Assembly: GCF_002105155.1 (NCBI RefSeq) | Contig: NW_019028994.1 | Coordinates: 496,001 to 560,000, forward strand | Origin: Lobosporangium transversale | Lineage: Eukaryota | Length of the DNA: 64,000 bases | Reading direction: 5' to 3' | Part shown: positions 38,851-49,869 of the stretch, one piece after another | How positions within the stretch are numbered: the stretch's first letter is position 1 | How the letters are laid out: each line of letters begins with the position of its first letter | Translations under genes and position numbers: made by a program | The notes under the pieces: generated by a model | The model's database searches: none | The model's input: the letters and a program-made list of their open reading frames with translations, nothing else | What the model was told of the DNA's origin: nothing

Positions 38851-39045
38851 GGCTAAAAAGTAAAAGAAGCGCGAATCAATCCAATCGAATAAAATAAAGA
38901 GGAAAACGACTCTTTCTTTGCCATCATTTTTTTTTTTTTTTTTCCTTTAAGAAATACACATCTTTTTTTTTTTTGCTCAGCATAATAACCCCATGCTCTC
39001 GTACTTACACGCTCACCTATTATTTACACAACTTCCTTTTGTAGG

Positions 39046-40614
39046 ATGTTTTCATTATCATTACTTTACTTTGGCTTGTTTGTCCTTGCCCTCTGCTTCA
39101 CTGGAAGCGTCTTTGAAGATCTATTCCATTGCAGACTCTTAGGTGAACTCCTCATCGGTCTCCTCTTTGGCAATCTCGGGCAACTTCTTCCAGTAGACAA
39201 GACTGTCCTTTATTTGGCAGGCGAACTAGGCGTGCTCGCACTCATCTTTGAAGCAGGAATATGTACACAACTTCACAAGGTGGCTCGTGTCGGTTTGCGT
39301 GCAGCCCTGATTGGATTGATCGGTACCATCATTCCACTGTTGACAGGATTTGGCTTCATTTATCTTACCCATCATCAATACAGTCATCAATTACCAGATG
39401 AATCCAACAACAGCAGTGGATCACCGCCAGCAGCAGCCGGTGTTGATTTGGTCATTGAAGCCCTTGCATCAGGAGCAGCATTAGCGTCTACATCGATTGC
39501 AATTGCAGTGACAATGATGAAACAGCGTGACATCCTGGACACCTTTGTAGGCACTTTGATCACCACCGCAGCCATGTTGGACGATGTGATCAGCTTGATT
39601 CTTTTGGGAATCATTTCAGCCCTAGGAGGAGGAAGTGGTGAAAGTGGCAGTAGGGGCAAGATTCGTCCCATGACTATTCTTCAACCTGTTCTGGCGAGTC
39701 TTGGAATTGTTATCGTCGCCCTAATTGCATGTTTTGCTGTATGGAAACTACAAGGGCAAAAGCGACCAACATCATCTATTGAAGCAGAAAACCCTACTGG
39801 TACTGAGATGCAACATGTAACACCTTCACATACATTAGGACAAACAGTAAACACACCTGAATGTTCCAGGAGGAATAGCGCTAGGAAGGACGATGTAGGC
39901 CAAGAAGGCCAAGAGGTTTCCTCTCAGAGTACAACATCCCAGCACACTTCACCTCAACCCAATTCATTAATATCGCTTTATTACCGTCGATTCTCACCAA
40001 TAATCTTTTTCAGTGCCATGATATTGATAGGATTGGGATACAGTATCTTGGCTGAATATATTGGGAGCTCCAAATTTTTGGGTGCATTCATGGCAGGGGT
40101 CTTCTGTTCCACATTCCCAATCCTACGACAGCTTCATCATGAAAGAGTTGCCAATACTGTCCAGCCAGCACTCAATGCGATCTTCTTTGCCACCATTGGG
40201 TTTTCGATTCCATTGGAAAAGATCCTGGAGCCTACATTATTCGGATGGGGCGTCCTCTACGCTATCATTGCCTCCCTCTCAAAGCTTGCGACGGCTGTTG
40301 CTGTGCCATCGAATCTTGCAGATGTCGCTCAACAAGAATCAGATGGGACACAAGAAGAAGAACAACAACGGGAAGAACAACTAGACGCACAAGATCATCA
40401 TCGTCATCATCAAAGGAAAAGCAACTCGATTCATGATCGCTGGATGGTCGGTACAGCCATGATAGCACGTGGTGAACTAGGATTATTGATTGCACAACAG
40501 GCAATGCAGCAGGGTGTGATGGGACAAGCTGTCATGGTCATCAGCACCTGGTCCATCGTCCTATGCACATTAGTAGGCATAGCTGCTCTAGGCTTCATTA
40601 TGAATAAGGTCTGA
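39046..40614 (+). CDS. Cation/H+ antiporter, CPA2 (Na_H_Exchanger) family
   Basis: Many TM segments; motifs LIFEAG, LASTSIAI, AAMLDD, LGAFMAG, FFATIG, MIARGELG. The start could include an upstream exon because an AG precedes the ATG. Confidence 0.85.
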   Translation: MFSLSLLYFGLFVLALCFTGSVFEDLFHCRLLGELLIGLLFGNLGQLLPVDKTVLYLAGELGVLALIFEAGICTQLHKVARVGLRAALIGLIGTIIPLLTGFGFIYLTHHQYSHQLPDESNNSSGSPPAAAGVDLVIEALASGAALASTSIAIAVTMMKQRDILDTFVGTLITTAAMLDDVISLILLGIISALGGGSGESGSRGKIRPMTILQPVLASLGIVIVALIACFAVWKLQGQKRPTSSIEAENPTGTEMQHVTPSHTLGQTVNTPECSRRNSARKDDVGQEGQEVSSQSTTSQHTSPQPNSLISLYYRRFSPIIFFSAMILIGLGYSILAEYIGSSKFLGAFMAGVFCSTFPILRQLHHERVANTVQPALNAIFFATIGFSIPLEKILEPTLFGWGVLYAIIASLSKLATAVAVPSNLADVAQQESDGTQEEEQQREEQLDAQDHHRHHQRKSNSIHDRWMVGTAMIARGELGLLIAQQAMQQGVMGQAVMVISTWSIVLCTLVGIAALGFIMNKV

Positions 40615-40703
40615 TTATGAGTTTACAATTGGAATGGTGCCTATCTTGTATTTCTTTTTTTCTTTTTCTTTTTTTTTTTTTTTTTTTTGTCAACATTATA
40701 TGG

Positions 40704-40734
<31 letters not shown>

Positions 40735-41129
40735 TCATCAGTACATCTCTACCCCTCTAATGCTACTTTAAATCCTAATCCCATTATGATAAATTTTATA
40801 TTTATTAAGACCAAACGTAATATATACACTATAATTTGGCTAGCAAAAAATAAAAATATTTAATAATAAAAATAGTGACTTGTGCAATGCCATAGCTAAC
40901 AGCTAAATTATGAATTACATTAATACATCATATCTGCGGCATGTAGCTATACAAAAAGAGATATATACCCTTTTTCCATTGCATTCCAAATTTACTATCA
41001 AGCTTGATTCTTCGTTTCGCACCACTGCTGACTGACAGTAGTGTGGTGTATCAATGTCTTCGATCTTCTGTAGATCTTGTATTGTGAAGGAAAACGTCGT
41101 ATGTTGTAGAGGAAGCTTATTGCAAAGAA

Positions 41130-41173
<44 letters not shown>

Positions 41174-41671
41174 TAATAAATCTACAGAGAGCGATTGGAA
41201 CGTTCATTTTTGCCACTAATGTAAAACCAACCACACCGTCACCGGTTAAACATTTTTTTTACAATGGCTTTCACCGACTTTAATCAGTTTTCAGCGGTTT
41301 AGTCGGTTTTTAACCAGTTTAATTCGGTTTTTACCAATTAAAACTATTAATATTTTTTGTACCATGAAAATAAAATAAAACAAAATAAAAGTCATGGTTA
41401 AATTTACCAGCTCAAATCACTGAGTTTGGGGAGAGTTCATCGTATGAAGGAAAGATTATATCACAACCAATGTAATCCACCTTAATGGAGCTGGCTAGGT
41501 TATATAGCTTTCATCTTTCTCGCTAAATTTTAGCCACCCTTTCAATATGTAAAAGATTTATGAGCCACCCTAAAATGACAAAGGATAGAACCGTTCTATT
41601 CTAACTGCTATTGATCAGTAAGACACTTTATCTCTATACTCTAGGTAAGATCTCTCCACTCCCCTCCATTC

Positions 41672-41722
41672 CGTACTATTATAATGGATAACGCGAGCTT
41701 CTACAAGAGCCGCACGCTCAAA
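41672..41722 (+). pseudogene. Tiny Tc1/IS630 (DDE_3) transposase relic
   Basis: Translates RTIIMDNASFYKSRTLK, matching the IMDNASFH motif. No flanking ORF. Confidence 0.4.
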
Positions 41723-41822
41723 TCAAACGCTTAAGAAGCATAGTTGAACGCACTTGTATCCCATCAACTATCATCACCTCAATTCTTCTGATTAGTTTTT
41801 TTTTTTTTTTTTTTTTTTTCTT

Positions 41823-43251
41823 CTTCATTCGCAGTCAATTGTTGTGAGTTGTGTAATCAAATATGGCTTGACGGTGTGAAATATCTAATAAACATGGTGC
41901 AATGCTGCGATACTGTCTACCTTTTCTATCGCAATCCTAACAATCCTGACAATCCTGACGATCCTGGCAATCCTGACAATGCAGTTCCTCAAAGCAGTAA
42001 GACAGGCAAGACAATGTGTTTCTCGGGATAGTTTTGTTTAAGGTTGCGACTATGCACATCTACATCTCTGTGTCATAGTGCAGTAAAATATATTCACCCC
42101 ACTCCGCCCACTCTCTGCTCTCTTTGTTGTCTTGCAATCTTACCAAAACAAGCAAACAAACAAACTCTGTTGGTATGAGAGCACAGACCACGCAGCAAAG
42201 AGCTGCAAACGAAAATAAAAATAAAAAGAACCAGGATGCTGTTGATTGTCAAAGGCAGATGGGATTGTAGCCAGATGGATGCTTGTTGGATATTTCAGAG
42301 GATGAAGAGAAATTAAATGGGTTTTCATTCAATAGCATTAGAGGGGAAATGGGACTGCACTTTGTTGAAAAAAGATGAAAAAACCTCCAAATTGCGAAGC
42401 GCTTTTCATACGGAAAAAAGGTCCCACAATCGATCGACCATGTCAAAGGTTGGTGACAGATGAAAAGAAAGCAAGCCACTAGGTCCTGACAACGTATAAA
42501 AAGGCCTCTCTTTCCTTTCTCTTTTGAATCTGTAACGGTGTAACGGCCTCCAAAGCGTTGAGTTAGTGCGCTCGAGAGTACTAGCCAATGTCCAACGGAC
42601 TCCATTTGCAGCCTGCAGGACGCTGTAGGTTGGATGGCGGGTTGGGCCCTGCGACGGGCGTGTCGGTAGACTGCTCTAGGGTTTATGGACCGGGGGGCGC
42701 GCAACCAGACCACCTCCACGTGGTGCGCCCTGGGCTGTCTGCTTCGCGGCAGACAGGCGAAGAGTCTGGTGTCTTTTTGTTATTTATTTATGCACAGCTA
42801 CTCATCAACACTCTACTGTCCATTATGGGAGTCAAAATGGAAATAGAAAAAAGATCTTTCTGGCATCGTCATGTTTATATGGCAATAGTGACTTCATAGT
42901 GAGAAAGCCGCAGCTTTTATTGTCCTTTCTCTAGAGTCCAAGTCTTTGTCGCAAGGCCAGCATGCTGTGCTTGCCGGGGATCGCCTTTTTCTGCCCACTT
43001 TCTTAGACCTGCAGAACTGTGCATCAAGCTCGTTCTTGTCCTGTCTTGTCTTGTCTCGTTTGCCTTGTCTTGGCAAGTGCGCCACCAAATTGAAACATGT
43101 GCATTCAAACCATCAAAGCAACAGCCTCTTGCAGAACAATCAAACTCTATTTCGACAACATGCAAAACATGCAACACATTCATCATGACATGCAACTTAC
43201 TTCAGCGTACATTCATGACTTGGTCGAAAATACAACACGAGCAGCTTCCTC
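41823..43251. repeat. 1.43-kb direct repeat, copy A (contains HDV-like ribozyme)
   Basis: Near-identical to 48299-49736, and the ORF track gives identical translations. The difference I could see is one 9-nt AATCCTG(A/G)C unit. Preceded by poly-T. Confidence 0.95.
42694..42770 (+). ncRNA. HDV-like (double-pseudoknot) self-cleaving ribozyme, copy A
   Basis: P1 GGGGCGC/GCGCCCT with G1-U wobble; P2 ACCAGAC/GTCTGGT; P3 ACC/GGT; L3 TCCACGT; P1.1 CC/GG; P4 CTGTCTGC-TTCGCG-GCAGACAG; J4/2 GCGAA with candidate catalytic C at 42758. Confidence 0.85.
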
Positions 43252-44530
43252 GACAAAATAAATAAATAAAAAGTTGTACATCTGTATATTACTATGTCTT
43301 GTGAATTGGAGCAGGTATAAATACTCGTCTCAAATAGGACTCATATTTAACCAGGTCATCTCATATGTGTTCTACAGGTAAGCGTTTGTAGCATCCTCGT
43401 CCAGCAGCTACGTTAATAAAGTATCATTGGTCAGCAAGCTGCCTTTGTCCAAGGAGTTGCAACCCTTTCTTCATCCTATTACCATGGTTTGAATGCGCTT
43501 CTGAAAAAACGGCAAGTATCTAAATACTCGCCTTGGCTTTACTCTCTCCTTCGCGCATACACTTTTAGTGAAGGAAATTACTAAGCTCATGTAATAAAGC
43601 ACGCAGTATTTTCAAGCTGTCGCAAATGAGATAAAGACGAGAATAATAATGCTTTGCCTTGAGGTTATTAACGAACGTCGCCATTGCAACGGAGACTAAA
43701 AAGCTTAAGATTCAAAAAAATAATGTATCGGCAAGAATGACAAACTCGAAATATTGAATATGTAGCACCTTTCGTTCATGTTAAGCTATTGATTGCATCA
43801 TTTCGAAACATAATGGGTGACTTGAATAAAAGAAAAGGGCATATACATGTATATCTAAGCATGATTGTGGGCTACATGTGTTTTGTATGATTTTAGAAAA
43901 GTAAAATAAGCGACTTTTGATTCCAGCTAAAGTTGTCTTTTAAACAGGGTGCGGGTCACGTGCGCTACTTCCGCAGAGCCTATGGCTAATGTTCAAACCA
44001 TTAATTTCTTTTTTAATTCACATCCACTCATCACCGTCAAAATAATCGCCGCCATCTATTCTTCAATTATATTATTATAAATAACAATCCTTGTACACGC
44101 GCTTCAATCTTTACTTCTCCTTATTTTAGTTTAGGGTAATTATAATAATCAATTGATTAATTAGAGCGCATTTTTTTCTCTGCCTTCATTAATCGTGTTT
44201 AACTCTATTCTCTTCCTTCTGCATTTCTCGCGTTTTTTTTTTTTTTTTTTTTTTTTTTTTTCTCCCTCGCTCCTTGTCCACTCTCAATTACCTCTCTCTG
44301 TTCCTATTCACTTTCATCGTGTGTTTCTCTTGGTAGAGGATTCTCTCTTTTTATCTTGGATTGGATGTCTAGATTTTTTCACTCTTAATTTAATGCTCAT
44401 TTCCCTTTATCGTTCTCAATACTGGAGGTCAAACTGATAGGCCTAGCTGTTAGTTGTAGCTGTGTTTATCATCAAGGTGGGTTGATCATTCCTCAATATG
44501 AACGTAGCCCTTCTCATTTGCTTTTGTTGC

Positions 44531-44917
44531 CTGCCCTCCCTGCTCCCCTGGCTTCTGCTAGTCACGCATTTATTGTTAATTTGCTGGTTGGTGGAGAGTT
44601 CCAGGCCCCCCAGAGGATGGTTAGTTTTCGCGGCCATGCACGACTACAGCACGTAGGTTGACTACCGGTTGTATTATCCGGCATGGTTCCGTCACTATGT
44701 TTGCAATCTATGTGAGCATTGTGATAGTAGCGACTGGTAACAGAGAGGGTTTATCTTTGTTCTTCTGTCTGCCCTTCTCTGCTCCCCTGGCTTCTGCTTG
44801 CCTGACAATCTATTACTGGTTGGTGGAGAGATCTAGGCCTCCCAGAGGAAGGGTTAGTTTTGTGGTCATTGCACGACTACAACACGTAGATTGACTACCG
44901 GTTGTATAATCCGGCAT
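44531..44917. repeat. Diverged tandem duplication (about 155-nt cores at 44531-44684 and 44769-44917)
   Basis: Shared blocks CTGCTCCCCTGGCTTCTGC, CTGGTTGGTGGAGAG, GCACGACTAC..CACGTAG and TTGACTACCGGTTGTA..ATCCGGCAT. Confidence 0.85.
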
Positions 44918-45110
44918 TGACTGTGTCATTCTGCTCGGCACTTCGTCGGAGCATAATGACACTTGCAACTGACAAGAAAGGACACATGTGATTGGTGGAC
45001 AAGTTGTAGATGAAAGCCGGTTATACATTCGACTTTCATTTATTCACACATCACTTGTAATTCTCTAGTATCATGATGAAGAGGTTTAGTTTCCTGTAGT
45101 TCTGTAGTTT

Positions 45111-45158
<48 letters not shown>

Positions 45159-45174
45159 CGAGTTGAATAACTAG

Positions 45175-47160
45175 ATGACGAACTGGAAAGATGATATCAA
45201 TGTTGAGCGAAGTGGTGCAGTATATTTCCTTTCGCAACCCTCACGTCCAAAATTTAGCCCATCTGAATACATTGAGTCTCGTGGATTAAGACAAGAGGAT
45301 TCACATGTGATATTGAGGGAATGGAATCGTTGGATTAAAGACCTGATGAACAGCAGACACTCTTTTATTCGAGAGGCTGCCAAGGCAGCAGGACTAATGA
45401 AGGCAGCAGATCTGGACAAGTTCTATGAAAAACGAATCGTTGCAAAGCGAAAACTCGACGTACTCAAAAGCTCTTCCGAACAACTTAAGGATGCAGATCA
45501 AAATCTGGCACGGCAGATTAAAAAGGGCGTTGAGGAGAGTCTGGACAGTACTGAGACCACAGATAAGCATGGTGATGCAAGCGATGTGGCTGTTGTGGAC
45601 CGACCGAAATTTATCTCAGAAGTATGCTCATTGATACAAAAGGAAAATGAGGTAGAGTACACGCAAGTGCTGTATTTGACCCCGACTGATCTGTGAGGCC
45701 CTTGATTAAACATCTTTCATTATAGGAACAATCCGTGTCTCTCCCACCAACCAGAGTGCTACTGAAACGCGGCAGGACGTCAAAGTCGGGTATTGCTTCA
45801 ATTACTGCAAGGCATGGTGGCCATCAACCCCCAGAGCACGATGTCAATGATGGAGCCAGAACACCACCACGTAATGTTCAGGGATACTGTGAGGAGATTC
45901 CTCTTGCAAAAGAGTAAGTGAGATCCTCTTTAGATCTTGAGTTTATATGACTGCCGCACAATCTCTAACTCATGGCTTCCGTCTCAATTTTTTCATAGCC
46001 TTGAGGCTGTTTTTAGACACGTTGATATCTCCGCAAATTTCCTACTACGTGAGGCCGACCAACGCCTATATGACGATGCCAGCAAATGGTTCAAGGCAAA
46101 AATTAAGACATCAACCGAACTGACGATAGCTGAGATGAGAACAACACGTTTTCAAGAAGATTGGATTCACGATCTGCTCTACTACAGGTAACGACCCATT
46201 CTTTGGTATTTATAAAGTATTCGACATGTGTGCAGTACGTTATTGATTATTGTCCTTACTATCATCATCAAAAGACTGATACTCCTACGTGCAGGACTCA
46301 ACCCAAATGTCGACGAAAACACATATACCTCGTTTTGGGTCTCACCAGATTTTTTCGCTCTTCAGACCGGCGTACAAGGTCTCATCAGCTCTGGTTTCGT
46401 CAATGAAAACCATTTTGGGCCTTCTGCTTGGCGTCGTTCCCTCGCAAGAGGCACACAGTCGTCGAAAGGTACGAATGTGGATGCGTACTTCATCGGAAGG
46501 GATGATTATGTGGACGTAATTTTCGAGAACATCGGTCCCCCTTCCTGTACCAACCATTCAAAACACCATGATGACAAAGAAAAAACATGGCGCAATGCCG
46601 CGGATGCCTTACTGGAAAGATACTACAATTCGTCCGGTTCCTTCGAAATTGCCAAGGGCTACAAGATCGTATGTGTCATTGTGTTCGGTAAGTTTTCTTG
46701 ATACTGTTGCATCTGGATCTTGCGCTTGGCATCGACTAACATATAATTTGATGATGCGCCTATTCTATTCCAGGTTATGATATTTCGATCTATACCGTCA
46801 GCATATTGGACAGGAATGAGTATCTAGTGCAGAAGGTATTCCAGGACAAGTATCATGTCCGTCGAGATGTATATCTTTCCAAGTTACTTGTGCATTTGAA
46901 GATTTGTCTTACAATTAAGGTATATTTATTGTTTACCGCTCTTACTTGCACTATCTTTGTTACATTATTGTTTCTGATCCTGAACTTTGTGACCTACAAC
47001 ACAGACTATTATGGAGGACAACTGGGATGTCTGTGTTGAGTTTGACAATTCCATCGAGTCTACTGTGAAGGAAGAACAAGCACATTTTAACATGAAAATT
47101 CATACCACTCCTATGAAGGCTCAAATCTCGCCTACGAAGAACAGAAGATTACCAATGTAA
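45175..47160 (+). CDS. Six-exon gene, about 522 aa, with a C-terminal PD-(D/E)xK restriction-endonuclease-like domain (Crinkler/CR-effector-type REase, tentative); exons 45175-45651, 45726-45913, 45999-46187, 46275-46687, 46774-46919, 47005-47160
   Basis: All five GT-AG introns join successive ORF fragments in frame (1569 nt). Motif series ENTYT..ENHF..KGTNVD..IFENIG..KHHDDKEK; the domain call is by motif resemblance only. Confidence 0.7.
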
Positions 47161-47607
47161 GTCGAGACTCTGCATCAATACCGCAAGGTCTTCAGCATGA
47201 AGAAGGAACTAGAGTCTTGTATTAGTAGTTATATCAACTCGTCATCAAATAAACTGATTACTCGATTAACGTGGCTCTGAGACCTTGATGGTGCTACGAA
47301 ATGCATGAAAAGATTGCTATCACGATCCATTATAAATACCCTTAAGATACAAGAGTTGTTGGCATGAGTTTCAGTTCCGTGGTTGTGCATTTGACTTTGT
47401 TCTTTATCGCCTTTGTTCATACTTGCCCTTGATTATCCACAGAATTGGCACTGAGTGTTCATATACGCCATTATAGTCTTATTTAATTTAGGGCAATCAC
47501 TTCGGATGGATTTCTATCCATCGAAACCTCCCTTATTGCTCCTGTAACACTTGTTCGTAGTACATGGGATTACTGGCGCCATGTCAAGCCACACAGACAG
47601 ACGTTTT

Positions 47608-47928
47608 CTTAATGCGAGCAACGCTTGTATTCAAAATGTGGCTGGATTGAGTGAAACCAGCAGGAAGCTTTTAGAGCAACATGGAACCATAACCAAGCAA
47701 TCTCCGTCTTTAGTCAAACATGGGGAGTCCAAACAGATTCTGACGACATCATCAGTGACATTCAAGCCTAGAGCAGCCCTCAGTCAGGCGGATTGCTGTC
47801 AAAATTCATCAACAGAGGCGCTCTTAGGGACAGTAGTTTTGAGTGAGGGGCTACCATCGGTAGCAGTGGTAAGGTCAATTAGATCGACCAAAGACTACCA
47901 GTTCAAATACAGAGTCGGTGTGCAATAA
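47608..47928 (+). pseudogene. Relic of the NLR family C-terminus
   Basis: LNASNACIQNVAGLSETSRKLLEQHG..RSTKDYQFKY aligns with LNARNMCIQDVVGLSEVNSKLLVQRG..RSIKDYQFKY of the intact copies. Confidence 0.8.
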
Positions 47929-48298
47929 GTGAAGAGAGAGATGACCAAGAGAGGCAGGTAAAGAAGTTTGAGAGAAGCGGAAGAGAGGTGGCTAAGTAAA
48001 GCCAAGAAGCGAAGAAAGAAGTGATCAAGTCATTCAGCTTTACACAACATTATTGCAGCGGATCCACAATATGATACTTCTTGATCCAAAGCCTCATGAA
48101 ACAAAAACAAAGTACATTAAGGATTATTTTCTTTTTCTACAATCAATGCAATGAGACAGGAGTGAACAAATGGCAATTACATGCTAATTAAACATTTAGC
48201 GATGATGGTGAAGAAGGTTCAGGAAGGTTAGATCTGGGTTTAGTGCTTTATTTTCTTTTGCCACCAATGTTAGACGAGGAGTGGATTTTTTTTTTTTT

Positions 48299-49736
48299 CT
48301 TCATTCGCAGTCAATTGTTGTGAGTTGTGTAATCAAATATGGCTTGACGGTGTGAAATATCTAATAAACATGGTGCAATGCTGCGATACTGTCTACCTTT
48401 TCTATCGCAATCCTAACAATCCTGACAATCCTGACGATCCTGGCAATCCTGGCAATCCTGACAATGCAGTTCCTCAAAGCAGTAAGACAGGCAAGACAAT
48501 GTGTTTCTCGGGATAGTTTTGTTTAAGGTTGCGACTATGCACATCTACATCTCTGTGTCATAGTGCAGTAAAATATATTCACCCCACTCCGCCCACTCTC
48601 TGCTCTCTTTGTTGTCTTGCAATCTTACCAAAACAAGCAAACAAACAAACTCTGTTGGTATGAGAGCACAGACCACGCAGCAAAGAGCTGCAAACGAAAA
48701 TAAAAATAAAAAGAACCAGGATGCTGTTGATTGTCAAAGGCAGATGGGATTGTAGCCAGATGGATGCTTGTTGGATATTTCAGAGGATGAAGAGAAATTA
48801 AATGGGTTTTCATTCAATAGCATTAGAGGGGAAATGGGACTGCACTTTGTTGAAAAAAGATGAAAAAACCTCCAAATTGCGAAGCGCTTTTCATACGGAA
48901 AAAAGGTCCCACAATCGATCGACCATGTCAAAGGTTGGTGACAGATGAAAAGAAAGCAAGCCACTAGGTCCTGACAACGTATAAAAAGGCCTCTCTTTCC
49001 TTTCTCTTTTGAATCTGTAACGGTGTAACGGCCTCCAAAGCGTTGAGTTAGTGCGCTCGAGAGTACTAGCCAATGTCCAACGGACTCCATTTGCAGCCTG
49101 CAGGACGCTGTAGGTTGGATGGCGGGTTGGGCCCTGCGACGGGCGTGTCGGTAGACTGCTCTAGGGTTTATGGACCGGGGGGCGCGCAACCAGACCACCT
49201 CCACGTGGTGCGCCCTGGGCTGTCTGCTTCGCGGCAGACAGGCGAAGAGTCTGGTGTCTTTTTGTTATTTATTTATGCACAGCTACTCATCAACACTCTA
49301 CTGTCCATTATGGGAGTCAAAATGGAAATAGAAAAAAGATCTTTCTGGCATCGTCATGTTTATATGGCAATAGTGACTTCATAGTGAGAAAGCCGCAGCT
49401 TTTATTGTCCTTTCTCTAGAGTCCAAGTCTTTGTCGCAAGGCCAGCATGCTGTGCTTGCCGGGGATCGCCTTTTTCTGCCCACTTTCTTAGACCTGCAGA
49501 ACTGTGCATCAAGCTCGTTCTTGTCCTGTCTTGTCTTGTCTCGTTTGCCTTGTCTTGGCAAGTGCGCCACCAAATTGAAACATGTGCATTCAAACCATCA
49601 AAGCAACAGCCTCTTGCAGAACAATCAAACTCTATTTCGACAACATGCAAAACATGCAACACATTCATCATGACATGCAACTTACTTCAGCGTACATTCA
49701 TGACTTGGTCGAAAATACAACACGAGCAGCTTCCTC
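48299..49736. repeat. 1.44-kb direct repeat, copy B (contains HDV-like ribozyme)
   Basis: Near-identical to 41823-43251; offset is 6476 nt before the 9-nt indel and 6485 nt after it. Confidence 0.95.
49179..49255 (+). ncRNA. HDV-like self-cleaving ribozyme, copy B
   Basis: Sequence identical to 42694-42770. Confidence 0.85.
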
Positions 49737-49869
49737 ATTTCCCAACAGGCAAACAAGCTACCTCAGTAGTCCTTTTTGTATCCCCTTTAAGCATATGCAG
49801 TTCTACTCCCGATTCTAAATTAATCACTATAGTTTTAATTGATGAATTCCCAAGGGCCATTCGCTGACT

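Noticed and set aside
42249..43265. Short ORFs inside the direct repeat (156, 103, 92 aa and others)
   Set aside because: No recognisable motifs, and they overlap in many frames; their duplication only reflects repeat identity.
44581..44690. Second ribozyme in the tandem module (CCATCCTCTGG on the minus strand resembles P3/L3)
   Set aside because: No compatible P1 or P2 partner and no J4/2 motif could be assigned.
41823..49736. Canonical LTR retrotransposon
   Set aside because: No gag/pol, no TG..CA termini, and no recognisable PBS/PPT or target-site duplication.
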